Origin: Eledone cirrhosa
Taxonomy: Eukaryota
Assembly: GCA_964016885.1 (NCBI GenBank)
Contig: CAXHJY010001637.1
Span: 7,195 to 71,194, forward strand
Length of the DNA stretch: 64,000 bases
Direction of reading: 5' to 3'
Under the pieces are notes generated by a model. The model saw only the letters and a program-made list of their open reading frames with translations. It had not been told where the DNA came from and did not search any database. This document shows, piece after piece, positions 32,082 through 46,337 of this stretch (its first letter is position 1; the number at the start of each line of letters is the position of its first letter). The position numbers were made by a program, and so were the translations under genes.

Positions 32082-35000
32082 CTATAGAATGTCGAGGTGG
32101 ATTCTCCACTGATAGTCGGGTCCGATTTCATAAAACTGTCTGGGGCCAAGCACTTCTCTCTCCATCCTGATCCTTCTTCCGAAGTGGTATCGGAAGAAGT
32201 AAACCAGGTGTTGGCCGGAGAGAAAGTAACCCGACCTCAGACCTTTTAGGCGCGTCCACCACACAACCTCTTTCATCATGGCTATTACGCACAGAAAGAC
32301 CGCCTCTGCTTCATTTCTGAAGGGAGGAGGCGGCTTGATGTTTACCACAGACTCGGCGGCCAATCGAATCGGTGCCGCACGCGACAGCAGTCGTTCGACG
32401 TAGCCCCACAGATCGGCAACGCCCGAGCAGTGTACTAGTGCGTGCGCAACGGTTTCCTCGTCGCGCACGCATCTGGGACAGATCTTTTTCGCGGGATTCC
32501 TGCCGGGGCACCCGTGTCTGTAGTGCTTTTCTCGAACGGGCAGAGCCCCCCAGTAGCACTGCCAGGCTAGGGACCTCTGGAAGTTGTCCATGGGTCCCGG
32601 GCCGAAAGTTCTACCGAACAGGCTGGCCAGTTCGTCCTCCTCCATGCCTAGCGACTCTCCAAGGGTGTCATCGCCTCTTCTAGCTACCAGCCCTCTATAG
32701 AATGTCGAGGTGGATTCTCCACTGATAGTCGGGTCCGCTTGCCAGATAGCCGTGAGCGCCTGGGCACACTCGGTGTGCCAGTTGCCCAGTTTTCTCGGTC
32801 TTTGCTTCACCCAGGATTGCAGCTCGGTGAGCGAGACGAGCTGTGGGAAGGCTCGCCTCACAAACGGGGCCCACACCGGCTGACCGGTGAGGAATACCTG
32901 TAGATTCCGTAGCCTCAAAGCGTGCCTACGCATCAACAGCCACGGCATACCCAGCCCTCCTTTCGAAGGGTGCTGGCAGCAGATGGATCTCCTCACCATG
33001 GGAGGCCGCTTCTTCCAGAGGAACTGGAAGAGCATGCGCTCCATGATGGTGAGCGTTTCCTTAGGGCAAGGCACAACGGTCAGGCGGTAGTAGATGACGG
33101 ACGCTATGTAAGCGTTCGCTACCTCCGCCCGACCTTTCAGTGATAGTTTGCACTTGGCCCACTTCTGGGTCAGCGCAAACACCCTACTCGTCACCTCGCC
33201 CCAATTCTTCTCCACCTGGAGGTCCGGTCCGAACCAGACCCCGAGCAGCTTCACCGGGCCCTCCGTCCACCGCCCGACGACACCGTCTAACGGCATCGGT
33301 TTGCCCCTCCACGTTCCGAGCTGCAAACCGACTGACTTGGCCCGGTTCAGCCTAGCCCCCGTCAGCCTTTCGTATTCCTCCAGTAGGGTGGCGATCGCCC
33401 CAATTTCCGAGGCGTCCGCCACAAATTACTGTTACGTCGTCGGCATAGGCCGAGACCGCTTTGTGCAATCTCGGTTCCAGGAGTATGCCCCGCAGCAACT
33501 CCAACTTCCGCAGCAGTGGCTCGAGAGCCAATACGTACAGAAGGGAGGAGAGAGGGCACACCTGCCTGATGGACCGGGTGATTTGAAACGGCTCCGAGGG
33601 GTAGCCGTTTACTTTAACCCTAGAGCAGACGTTGCCACTGTGCATGGCAGAAATCCAGCCCCTCAAAACGGGTCCGAAGCCCGCCGCCGCGAGCACCGAT
33701 TCCAGGTAACAATGGTCGACTCGATCGAACGCCTTAGATTGATCCAAGTTGATCAGGGCCCCACCAAAGCCGGGTTCGTTCCCAACCCTCTCTACGATGT
33801 ATCGCATGAGGTGGAGGTTGTCGTGAATGGACCTGGACGGGATAGCGCATGTCTGCACGTCTCCCACCAAGCCACCCACCACAAGCGCCAACCTCTTCGC
33901 TAACACCTTGGCCAAAATCTGTAACTCTGCATTCAACAGAGTTATGGGCCTAAAGTTACTTAAGTCGTCCCCCTTGCTCTCGTCCTTCCTCACTAGCGTG
34001 ACTACGCCCTTGGTCACAGAACAGGGAATTCTCCCGTTCTGTTGCCAGTTGCAATAGACAGCCTCGAGGAGTTCGGAGAACAAAACCGGCATAGCTAAAT
34101 AAAGTTCGTATGGTAGACCATCGAGACCCGGAGATTTGCGTCTGCTGCATTGGCTGAGCGCTTCCCCGATTTCAGTGGCAGTGATTGGCCTTTCGCAGCA
34201 CTCCGCTTCGCCGCTCGAAAGACGCGGTAGACCGTCGAGGTATGGACCGAAGTCCACATCCCCGCCCGGCCCCCCGCCCCCTCCGAACAGTCGAGCAAAG
34301 TGCCTTTGAAAGGCCTTGCACATCCGCTCAGGTTCAAGCATCACCCGTCCATTCTAGTCTCGCAAAGACCGAATGGTGGATTTAATCCCACTCTTGGCTT
34401 CTGTCACGCGGGCCCAGCTAACAGTTTTGGTCCTCTCGTTTCCTAAAGCACGTATTTTACTTCGGACAACGCAGCCTTCGTGTTTCGCGTCAAAGAACTG
34501 GCTCAACGCCGTTCTCGCCGCTAACACTCTGGCCACGTCTCCGCTCCTAATCGCCTCTTCTAGTTTATCTGTCAACTCCCTTTCCCTTCTATTTTTATTC
34601 GCCGCTAGTTCCTTACTGTAACCTATCGAACTTACTCTAATCTCTCTCTTTAGAGATACCCACCACCTGCTGTTGACGATCGCTCCCGGCAACCGCATCT
34701 TAACGAAGCTACTAATCCGGTTCCTGTAATCTTTCTTTGCCGGCAAGGACAAGTTCATCTTCCAGTAACCGGGACCCTGTCTATGCCTTCTATCAAGGTT
34801 GACCACGCAGGTCACTAATTTGTGATCTGAATAGCCAACCATGAGCAATTCTGGACAACTAAATACGTCCCTATCCTTACTCCTAACCAAAAACCTATCT
34901 AGGTACGATCTAGATTGACCACTGCGGTTTGACCAGGTCCAGGTTGGCAAAGTTGGAAAATCTATTCGAAATCGATCGACCCGGTCGAATCGATCGAGTA

Positions 35001-35493
35001 ACCCCTTGAGGCTGCTACACCCCCCTCTATCGAGACATGCCCCTGCATAGTCCCAACGCGCATCTAGGATTCATTTCCAGTCCCCCACTAAAAGCAGGGA
35101 ACGCGACGTTCCTAGAAAAGTCTCCAGACGCTGGAAGAAGTCGGCTCTTTCAGCCCCGAAGTGGGCATAAAGACCGACCAGTCTGAAAGCCCCGCCTTCA
35201 CCGCCTCCGACGTCCAGCACCAGTAATCGACCCCCCGGGTCCGAGTGAACAATCTGTACGTCGAGAGCCAGACGTTTATCCAGCAGTACGGCAACCCCAC
35301 ACCCGCCTCCGGGTTGACAGAGAGATGCGTGCATCTCAAAGTCATCGAAGGCGGGAGCCAGCTGTCGCACGCTGCTGATCCGACTCTCGCAAACAACCAT
35401 CACATCTATACTTCGTGACCTGAGGTCACTTAGAAGCTTTGCTTGCTTCCAAGCTGAGCCCAGGCCACGCGCATTCAAACAGCCAACTCTCAA
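32082..35493 (-). pseudogene. Tx1 ORF2 (APE + RT + C-terminal zinc-binding domain), frameshifted
   Basis: CLNARGL, LVGDW, SYLDRF, SDHK, GPGYWKMN, KSPGLDGL, NFRPITLLN, LDQSKAFDRV, RQVCPLS, AYADD, GGLG, CPRC...ETVAH..C. Confidence 0.9.
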
Positions 35494-35498
35494 TTGAT

Positions 35499-37534
35499 TT
35501 ATTTTGGTGTTAAAAGTGAAGAAAGAAAAGCACCTACCTCTCGGGGTTGTATAATTTCCATGGGGTCGGGTGTGTTGGGTGGAGGGATGTTTTGTGGTGG
35601 TGTGGGGGTATCCGAGTGTGGTGGGGTTGGGATATTTGGAGTTGTGTCAGGGAGAGGGGAGGTTATGGGGAAATCTTTCAAGAGGACGCGATTTAACGGT
35701 TTTAAACAGGGGGGGGGGGCTCACGTCCTGTTTAAATTGTTCTTTTAAGGAACGATAAAGGTCCAGAGGGACCTTTATTTTTAAATGGGTGAAGTTCTCT
35801 GTTGAGATAAAGTTTGGCCCTTCGGTCTGCACCAAAGGGCTATTGTTTATTAGTTTAAACAGTTTTTTGTTTTCTTTATTTATATATGTGTATTGTAAAG
35901 TCTTTTTTTGTGATGCTGTCAATGTTTCGAAGGGGGGAGGCGCAGATTTATTTTTGTTTGTCGAGGGTGGGGTGTTTTTGATTGGAGTTGGTGTTTGTGT
36001 GTGGGTTATTTGTTGTTGTGGTGTGCTGGGTGTGTGCTTTCGATTTTTTCTTTTAACTTGTCTGAAGGCTTCTCCCCCTTCTTCTTCAGAAGTTGGGGGA
36101 AACTCTTCAGCGCTAGGTGGGAGGGAGGTGGTGTCTGGTTGGTTTTTTTTTGCGGGAGGGGTAGATTTGTTGCTGTTTTTTTAAATTATTTGTTTGGAAT
36201 GTGTATGGGGTGGTGGTGGTGATGTTTGTGTCGTGCTTGTGGTTGGTGATGGTGGTGGTGATGTTTGAGTTGTGGTTGGTGATGGTGGTGGTGATTTTTG
36301 TGTCGTGCTTGTGTTTGGTGGTGGTGGTGGTGATGTTTGTGTTGTGCTTGTGGTTGGTGGTGTCTGTATTTTGTTTGCTGTGTGTGGTATTAGTGTATTT
36401 TTGGAGGTGGGTGGTGTTGGTGTACTGTTTGTGGTGGGTGTGGGCAATAGTCCTTTTTGGGGGATACGACTCGGGCAGTTAGCCTTAACGTGTCCCCTTT
36501 CCGTGTATGAATAGCATGCTGGTCTTCTCCCCTCTACAATTATATATATTGGGGTGAGGTCATCCAGCCAGATGCGATCCGGGATTTGCGCTATTCTTTC
36601 GGGCCTCATTTGGACTAGTAGGTCGAGGCCCATTCCCAGGAACGCATCTCCAGATGCCTTCCCCATTGACAGCACTGTGTCCTCGCCCATGTCTATGAAG
36701 CCAGCAATAGCCCACCAGAAGTCCATTGTGGGCAGCATTGTCTGTATTTTGACTCTCTGAGTTCTTCTACCAATGTAGGAGGGATAGAAACTGTATGCTG
36801 TTGATGTGAGTGGGCTTAGGGAAAGCCTCTGTGCTGTTTCCTTGTCTTTTGTTAAAACAGAAATGCTGCCATAGAGTCGGTCCTTTCGTATGAAGAGAAT
36901 ATTCTTCATATGGTCTTTTAGGACCAACTCTATCTCCATTTGGCTGGGCTGTGCTGGCTTTCTCGTGTGGTTTAGGACTGTTCTAAACAGAACAGTGTTT
37001 TCTAGTCTCGTTTTCTTGAATTCTAGGGGGGGAATTAATGGAAAACATTCCGTTCACCCCCAAGACTATGTGCTTTTTTGCTTCTGCCAGTTTCTCTCTG
37101 GCGGCAGTTAAGTCAATAGGTGTATATATGATAGATTTTTTTATTGTCTGTGCGAAAGTTGTTTTTGTTGTGTTTGTGTTATTTATGTTGGTGTATTCGT
37201 TCACATTTTTTTTTTCTTTGGGGTTAGACTCCATTTTTTCAAAATCTTCACTTATATTTTCATTATCCGAGAGACTTGTAGTCACAGCTACTACTTCTCT
37301 TTCACCTTTGCTGGTGGGCGTGGCGCCGTGAAAATTCGAAACGTCATCCATTAATTTTGGCAATTTCTCCGAGTTAATTTTTTTCACATTCTTTTCATTA
37401 GGGTTCGGTTCCATTTTTTCAATGTTTCTAATAATAATTTTTCTTTCAGTAGGGTGGCTTGTTGCCTCAGCTACCCGCTCTCCTTCAGTTTGTTTAGTAG
37501 GCGTGTCATCGTTACCTGTGGTAATGGCTTCCAT
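35499..37534 (-). pseudogene. Tx1 ORF1 (RRM-like region + degenerate CCHC knuckle + Pro/Thr-rich tail), frameshifted
   Basis: VEGRRPACYSYTERGHVKANCP knuckle with second Cys changed to Tyr; TTQTSPPP repeats; ends just upstream of ORF2. Confidence 0.7.
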
Positions 37535-38067
37535 TACCACTAGCGTAGACACAATTGCAAGATTTTTAGTATGAAAAATTTCACCCCAAAAGGGGTGAAA
37601 TAAATTAACCCTAATGTCCGAAAACCCAGGCAAGGGGATTAATTAACACAATAACGCAAGAATACAGACAAACTCTTACTGTTAACACGTAATATCTCCA
37701 ATATTCGCGGAGCCGATGTGAAGCACGTCTATGCCATCCGGAGATAGATAGATAGAGAGAGGGAGCAGTGATAGCCCGTTTCATATTGAACGTAATCTAG
37801 GTGTTTGGGGGATTTTATGAATCCGAGCTGCTGTGATTATTGTAACATGGATTATAAGTGTGTGAAAGAATATATTATCGTGTGCATGTGTCTGTATATG
37901 TATGTATGTGGATATATGTGTGTGTATGTGTATGTATGTGGATATATGTGTGTGTATGTGTATATATGTGAATATATGTGTCTATGTATGTATATGTGTG
38001 TGTATGTGTATGTGTGTGTATGTATGTGTATGTATATGTGTGTATGTGTACGTATGTGTATATATAT

Positions 38068-38101
<34 letters not shown>

Positions 38102-38659
38102 GTGTGTCTATTTGTTGTTTTAGTTGTAATATATTCATTCTACAGGCTTTAGTTACTTTAAGGCTGCGATGTTGTTTTACCAACTCACTCCTGTTTTCGT
38201 TCATACTTTACTCTCTGCATAGCTTATTGAGTTCTGTTTAATATTCTTTAACAAAGTACATTTAACAAAAATATGGGATATAGTATTGTTTTTCTTCGGA
38301 CTTTATTTTGTAAAGTTTTCAAAGGATGTTTAACGTCTTTTTCTTAAGGATTATTGCTAGGCTATAAGGTGTAAATCCATAAAAGTGAATTATTAAAGGA
38401 TTTTATGAGACTTGGTAAAATTCTAAAGGATGTGACGTGTGAATGAGGAGAAATAAATATTCTTATGAAAAAACAAAATGATTAAAATATTAATAACCTC
38501 AACAGAGGACAAAATAGGACCAGAAATAACATTTTATAAGTGGAAATGCTAAAATAAATAACGGGGAAAAATACATTTCTTCATGGAGATTATATTTTGA
38601 GAATACATAAGCCCATTATGTTGTAGTTTTCAACAAATTCTTAAAATTGAAACTGAATG

Positions 38660-38975
38660 ATTTGAAATAATTTCGCACAGCAATGAAGACACCTGGCGTT
38701 CTTGCCACACCACACCTCCGACCATGTCACTACTCACTGCTATCGGAACGGAGCGGAGTTGACAGACAGCATCTACAAACCCCACAAGGTGGAGTGACTG
38801 TTCCAGCGCGTCTTCCCTTGACCACATGCTCCCTCACTGATTTCGGAGCAGAGTTGACCGCTTGTATGTACAAGCCCCACAAGTGGAGGGGCTGTTCCAA
38901 CGTGGTCTCCCTCGCCATCCTCCAGGGCAATATATTTCCCATCCTGTCAGCCAGGATCCAGAGGCGGAGGGTCAG
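38660..38975 (+). pseudogene. relic of a CRE-like non-LTR element restriction-like endonuclease C-terminus
   Basis: AMKTPGVL..LTDFGAEL..(frameshift) LFQR / VSLAILQGN..ILSA resembles the AVET.GV..LFQR.S.AI..GN motif. Confidence 0.5.
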
Positions 38976-39248
38976 TTAGTTGGAGGTGGAGGATATTCGT
39001 TCGGACATCACTTTCTTTCTATTTCTTTAATGCTGTGTCCTTATTTATGCTGTGTCCTGTCACATACTCACCAACATGAAATAGATATAGTTAATTAGTT
39101 ACCTACCTAACTGTGTGTGCTTGCACACTTTACAAATTATTCCCTGTGATTGTTTCATATGTTTATTTTATACATATATACGTCAATCTATTTCTAGTTG
39201 ATATAAAATGCTCGGATCTATTCATTTGAATCTTATGTAATATATAAT

Positions 39249-39298
<50 letters not shown>

Positions 39299-39514
39299 AG
39301 GTCGACTTAAACATGGTTTCACTCCAGCTAAACCATTGGTTTATCATTAACTACCCACGATCTGCTATGTTACGTGAATACAATTATCTGACGTACCCCA
39401 CGGATTATATCTCGGAAAGTTTTGTTCTACATCATTGTTGATTGTAATAACATATTAAACTGTGATTCGGTCTTGTTATTTCATAAATTACATCTCTCTA
39501 TCTACAATTGGTTT

Positions 39515-39640
<126 letters not shown>

Positions 39641-39667
39641 TGTGTAAACAAAGAAAGAGCGATAGAG

Positions 39668-39715
<48 letters not shown>

Positions 39716-39807
39716 CATAGTTACATACATACATAAACATACATATATATATATATATATATATGTATATAACCCCCCCTCCCCACACACACACACACAC
39801 ACACACA

Positions 39808-39849
<42 letters not shown>

Positions 39850-40354
39850 ACAATCAAATGACTATTAGCTCATGATTTAACAATACATTGTTAAAGGAGA
39901 GGACAAAGATACAACAAATGTAGAGTTTCCATTTCTGAATACGAGGGAAGATACAGGTTCAGGAATTAGGAAGATTGGCTTACACAAACTTACGAGAAAA
40001 AACACATAAAAATAAAGGTTAAACAAATAAAAAGGTAAGTAAAAATATAAAAAATAAAAACATCTTAATTAAATACATTGGAAGACTAAACGCAAACATT
40101 CCCCACTAAACGCAAACCTTAAGATTGATGAAGCTTTAATGCAGCGAAAAGGAAATGTAATGAAAACTGTCAAGACATACATGAAGCCGTTTAATACACC
40201 ATCTGGCCAACAACACTGGTCTGAATTACTTTCAGAGTTGTGATTTAAAAACATACACGTAAGATCGATATTACCTCCGACGTCACATTAGTGGTGGATG
40301 TTTAAAACTGACACCCGTCATTACTAACATAAACCACTGCCTCTCTTACCCTCT

Positions 40355-40427
<73 letters not shown>

Positions 40428-40482
40428 ATATAGATATATATATATTGATATAGATATATATATCAATATATATATATATATA

Positions 40483-40890
40483 TATTAAGATAGGGGGGAA
40501 GAAAAAATGGCTTCACTTGTGCTTTCAACAAATTTATTTTCTTCACAAAATCCAAAAAGAATTTTTCTTAAAAAAAATTATTTTATAAATTAAGTTGTTG
40601 GTTGTTGGTTAGGTCTTAGGAGTTCTTGGTTAACGTAGGAGGTATTGTTTCGTTTTTAGAAAGACCTTTCACGCTGAGGTGCGCTTGTCAACTCATGTGT
40701 ATGTGGTGTGTTGTTCTATATATAGGGATTTAACATGTCTGTGGTGTGGTGGGGGTTTCTTTTCTCCAACAACCAACAACTTAATTTATAAAATAATTTT
40801 TTTTAAGAAAAATTCTTTTTGGATTTTGTGAAGAAAATAAATTTGTTGAAAGCACAAGTGAAGCCATTTTTTCTTCCCCCTATCTTAATA
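40483..40890. mobile_element. inverted-repeat element (40483-40608 / 40766-40890), probable decayed pLTR
   Basis: ~125-bp inverted arms; weak hammerhead-like UUGACAA-GCGC..GCGU-GAAA on minus strand at ~40660-40695. Confidence 0.6.
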
Positions 40891-40921
40891 TACCTAACTG
40901 TACCAAGGATTACACACATTT

Positions 40922-41005
<84 letters not shown>

Positions 41006-41074
41006 TATGAAGAGAGAAGAAACATTTAGATATAATTAGTAATAAAATGTATCATACCTAAACTGCCCCTAAAT

Positions 41075-41164
41075 TCCTCGACTACGTAGTTTCGTGGCAT
41101 AAACAAAAACAATATATCATAAAGACATAGAGTCCCTGCGAGGTCTGCCGACTTATCAAGAGGA
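41075..41164 (-). ncRNA. hammerhead ribozyme, U3-A8 variant with enlarged stem-loop II (family G)
   Basis: UCCUC-UUGAUAA-GUCGGCA..UGCCAC-GAAA-CUACGUAG-UC-GAGGA; palindromic stem III ACUACGUAGU, GUC site. Confidence 0.85.
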
Positions 41165-41669
41165 TATCTCATTTTACTAGTCTCAAGAACGCGTCTACAC
41201 GACGTGAGAAAGAATCCCAAAAGGCGGAGGGGGAGATAGTCACGCGATATAACGGTCGAGAAACAGAGCTAAGCCTCTTATAACCACGAAGAAAATACCA
41301 CGGAGGCGGAGGGGGTATTCATATCGAGGCCGCAGAAGAGGTGGTGAAGAAGGCTAGAAGTATGAGTAATGGAAGCTTTCCAGTTGTCCCCTCACTTCAA
41401 AGATTGCTCGACCAGAGGGAGTTATTAACAATATATTTAGAAACACACAGATACATGCGGACACACACATATATACATGAATGCATCCGCACCCAACTGT
41501 GAGTTAAGGGTGCCAACTTCACCGATGTTGCTCAATGAATGACCGGGACAGACCAATTCAGTTGAACTAGACTGAACCAGTATCAGAGTTAAAAGTACAT
41601 TATGAAGAGAGAAGAAACATTTAGATATAATTAGTAATATAATGTATCATACCTAAACTGCCCCTAAAT

Positions 41670-41759
41670 TCCTCGACTACGTAGTTTCGTGGCATAAACA
41701 AAAACAATATATCATAAAGACATAGAGTCCCTGCGAGGTCTGCCGACTTATCAAGAGGA
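41670..41759 (-). ncRNA. hammerhead ribozyme, second copy (family G)
   Basis: Same sequence as 41075-41164, 595 bp away. Confidence 0.85.
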
Positions 41760-42210
41760 TACCTCATTTTACTAGTCTCAAGAACGCGTCTACACGACGT
41801 GAGAAAGAATCCCAAAAGGCGGAGGGGGAGATAGTCACGCGATATAACGGTCGAGAAACAGAGCTAAGCCTCTTATAACCACGAAGATAATACCAATAAG
41901 TCGGCAGACCTCGCAGGGACTCTATGTCTTTATGATATATTGTTTTTGTTTATGCCACGAAACTACGTAGTCGAGGAATTTAGGGGCAGTTTAGGTATGA
42001 TACATTTTATTACTAATTATATCTAAATGTTTCTTCTCTCTTCATAATGTATTTTTAACTCTGATACTGGTTCAGTCTACTTCAACTGAATTGGTCTGTC
42101 CCGGTCATTCATTGAGCAACATCGGTGAAGTTGGCACCCTTAACTCACAGTTGGGTGCGGATGCATTCATGTATATATGTGTGTGTCCGCATTTATCTGT
42201 GTGTTTCTAA

Positions 42211-42289
<79 letters not shown>

Positions 42290-42318
42290 ATATATATATA
42301 TATATACCATATATATAT

Positions 42319-42369
<51 letters not shown>

Positions 42370-42375
42370 TAAATA

Positions 42376-42425
<50 letters not shown>

Positions 42426-42449
42426 TATATTTATATATGATATATATAT

Positions 42450-42493
<44 letters not shown>

Positions 42494-42624
42494 TAAATGT
42501 AAGTATGTATGTATGTACAAAGAGTGAGAAATGAAATTTCGTTTTCATTTTATTTCAACTTATTTATATATCAATATATATATATATATATATATATCAA
42601 TATATATATTGATATATATATATA

Positions 42625-42697
<73 letters not shown>

Positions 42698-42723
42698 ATA
42701 TATATATATGATATATATATATA

Positions 42724-42812
<89 letters not shown>

Positions 42813-42938
42813 TCATACATACATATATGTATGTGTGTGTGCGTGCGTGTTTGTGTGCGGCAGGTAGCCTATATGCATTTCTATGTCCCTCTCTCTATAT
42901 ATATATGTATATGTGTGCGCGTGTTTGTGTGTCTGTGT

Positions 42939-42969
<31 letters not shown>

Positions 42970-42986
42970 GATAGAGGGTAGATAGA

Positions 42987-43030
<44 letters not shown>

Positions 43031-43075
43031 GAGTGAGATAGAGAGAGACTGGCACATAGATATATAGATAGGTAG

Positions 43076-43106
<31 letters not shown>

Positions 43107-44670
43107 GAGAGATAAATAGGTAGATAGATAGATAGATAGATAGTGAGGTAGATAGAGAGTGAGAGAGAGAGAGAGTGAGCGAAAGAGAAAAAGAGAGAGA
43201 GGTAGAGAGGGATAAAGAGCGAAAAAGAATGGGATTGAAACATTGATTAGGATAGGGTCGAGCTGAGAGTCCATTATTTTATGGTAATGAAAAGGAGGGA
43301 AGCTGTTAATGTGAAGTGCCTTGAGTGGTATGTCTGTGTATATTGTGGTGAACCTTGTGAAGTAGAAAGGTTTAGTTTTAGATGAGATGCAGCTGAAGTA
43401 CTGCAGCACATCTATATATCGATAACGTTCAGTGTTGTGTGGGATCTGGCATGAACTAATAGGTTGGTTTGTTTCATCGGCTGAACATGTAGCAACATGG
43501 TTTCGAGGCGAGAAATATATCATGGATGTTTGGAATATCTATGTGTCGGTCTGAATGCAACTAATTCAGGTAGAGTTTACAGTTGAAACAAAATGTGGGA
43601 TCAGTATGTTACTAGTGCAAGAGATTGAGAAGGGTTGTAAACGAAGTACGATATTTTCGGTACAAAGAGGCGAGGTATACTTTCGGGTCCCAAATAATAG
43701 GGAGGGAGTTGGAATAACGGATGGGGTTGGAACATCGGTAACTTTTCTAGGTTGTCTCCATTGATCTTTTAAAAACCAGAATTAGTCGTTTAGTTTTAGA
43801 GAGAAGAAGTTTACAGTTTTTCGTTTTTCACATTTACAGAAGGGTGGAATGTGAAGGTATGCTACGTGTTGACAACAATAATGATACAGCCCCCCCCCCC
43901 CCCCCCCCCGATCCCCGTTGTCGAGATCCTTGTCCGATACGTCCCGCAGAACGAACTCCAGTTAAGGAAGCTAATGACCAGGAGGTCGTATTAAAATGGG
44001 TGGCGTGGTGTATCTAGAGCTAATTGCAGGGACGGTATAATACTACAAGAATCACGATACGAAACTTTCAACTTACAGATTGAATCGTCATTGAACGATA
44101 TCACTTTAGTTTTATAGACTTAAGTTCGTGGCCAAGCAGGAGAAAACTTTCATTCTCATATTACATGAACATGAAATGATCGGAATTATATCAACTATCC
44201 AGTAAATGTTATGGGATAGTTTCGTACACACGAAGGCTCATTATAGTCGCATAAATTACAGAACTAAATAAACACACAGGTTCTCACATGCAGTGATATC
44301 TACATACACGTACATAAACAAAGACAGACAAATACATGTAACTATACATGTGTCTTAAAGACACTTCCAAATGATAATGCATTTGAAAACCATAATTTAT
44401 TACTCACCAAGAGTTTTTAACTTTAAACATATAACAACCTGATGAATATTACGAGCGATATTAAGAAATACCAACATTATTATTTTTCCATTTGCCACTG
44501 CAAAACGTGGAGTTAATTAATTTATTCTGGAATACATTGCAATTATCTGTCAAAAGATACGAACCCATGAATCAAAGACAGGGATAATGAATCAGTATAC
44601 AAGCAATGAGCTTCGACAATTTATATCACCTTACTTCAAATTTAACTACTTTCTTTTTATTTTTCACTAG

Positions 44671-44743
44671 TTTACATTCTTCCACGCCTTATATGGAGAA
44701 CAGGATGATAGCTACATCGGAGCGAGCACAAATACGGGCATAG
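44671..44743 (+). CDS. candidate internal host-gene exon (FG-GAP/integrin-alpha-like peptide)
   Basis: Polypyrimidine tract + CTAG acceptor, AG|GTAAAC donor, open frame FTFFHALYGEQDDSYIGASTNTGI. Confidence 0.3.
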
Positions 44744-44767
44744 GTAAACAGACGTGCACACACACAC

Positions 44768-44810
<43 letters not shown>

Positions 44811-45133
44811 TACACACACACAGACATACACACATATACACACGCACATACACATACACACAGGACATACACACACATACACACGCACATACACACATAC
44901 ACATATATACACACTCACACACATGCACACACTCACATTCACAGATACACATACTTGCGCAGACATACATACACACTCACACATACATACACACACACAT
45001 ACACACACATACACATACATACATACACACTCGCACACATACACGCACACACACACACATACATGCACATACAAACATACATACACACACACATACACGC
45101 ACATATATACACACTCACACACACATACACACG

Positions 45134-45186
<53 letters not shown>

Positions 45187-45506
45187 ACACATACACACAT
45201 ACAAATGCGCAAATATAATTTTATTGATGTCTAAAGGAAATGAAACCTATCTAGTGTTAGTGTTTACGTTAGCAAACATAATGTAGTGAAACCAATAAAC
45301 ACACGCACTCAAACACACACACGCACCCTCACAGACACGCTCACACACACGCAGTCACATATATATTTATAAACATGAATCCCCCTCTCTCTCTCGTTAT
45401 ATATATATATATAAAATATTATAAAATAAGAAGGAATAATAGACACAATATACCTATTTTTTCTACTCATTTATTCTTTTAGCTGTTCCAGGTATATAAT
45501 GATATA

Positions 45507-45564
<58 letters not shown>

Positions 45565-46014
45565 GTGTGTGTGTGTGTGTGCATGTGTGTGTGCGTGAAC
45601 AAATTTATGTATTTATGAACTTAAAAATATTTCTTAAGAATGTAATATTTTAGGCCTTGTTGATTCAAGTGTTTATCGAAGAAGCCAGTATTTTGATTTT
45701 AATAAGATTTATAACATTGAATAGTTAGTTGAAAAACTTTTTATATAGTCAAAATATATATAAGTATACTTATAAATCCTGTTATTATGTTTTTCTATGT
45801 TCATGATGTTTCTAATTTTCAGTAAAGAAAATCCGCAATCAACATCATATAAAACCATCAATAATATTAAGTAACATAAAACAGAGATTCATCGAGTTAA
45901 CTTCTTAGATTTACTCGTGTAGTCACAGGTTGGTTCTGAGAGCACAAAGTTAGTTGTAATCAACATGTGATATACTCAAGGTGAAGTTTGAGTATAGACG
46001 GACCTGCTAAAATA

Positions 46015-46112
<98 letters not shown>

Positions 46113-46131
46113 ATATATATAATATAATATA

Positions 46132-46181
<50 letters not shown>

Positions 46182-46284
46182 TATATATATATATATATAT
46201 ATATTTATAATATATATATATATATATAATATATTATATAAAGTTAAATAAAAGTCAAATGATTAAAATTTAGCTTCGTTTATT

Positions 46285-46337
46285 ACTGCTATATATATTC
46301 AGTGACAGCCATCTTTGCTGTGACCTCTTCAGGCAGT
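46285..46337 (-). ncRNA. hammerhead ribozyme, slightly damaged (family F)
   Basis: ACUGC-CUGAAGA-GGUCACAGC..GCUGUCACU-GAA-UAUAUA-UA-GCAGU (one A lost). Confidence 0.55.

Larger units (their letters stand above)
31896..37740 (-). mobile_element. Tx1/L1-clade LINE, decayed, 5' end apparently intact, in (TCTA)n/(TC)n
   Basis: ORF1 fragments then APE-RT-Cys ORF2; 5' end abuts TCTATCTATCTC at 37741. Confidence 0.9.
41002..42212 (-). mobile_element. ORF-less retrozyme/pLTR-like element, family G: 595-bp unit in partial tandem plus inverted arm 41896-42212
   Basis: 41002-41295 repeats at 41597-41890; inverted arm spans the unit junction; hammerhead in each unit; (TA)n flanks. Confidence 0.85.

Noticed and set aside
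43230-43800. Possible highly decayed Penelope GIY-YIG region on the minus strand
   Set aside because: Only vague spacing similarity (RQP..IY..ADETNQP..H); catalytic motifs not recoverable by eye
44439-44480. CTGATGA...GAAA hammerhead-like motif
   Set aside because: Weak stem II, and no stem I or stem III complement after GAAA
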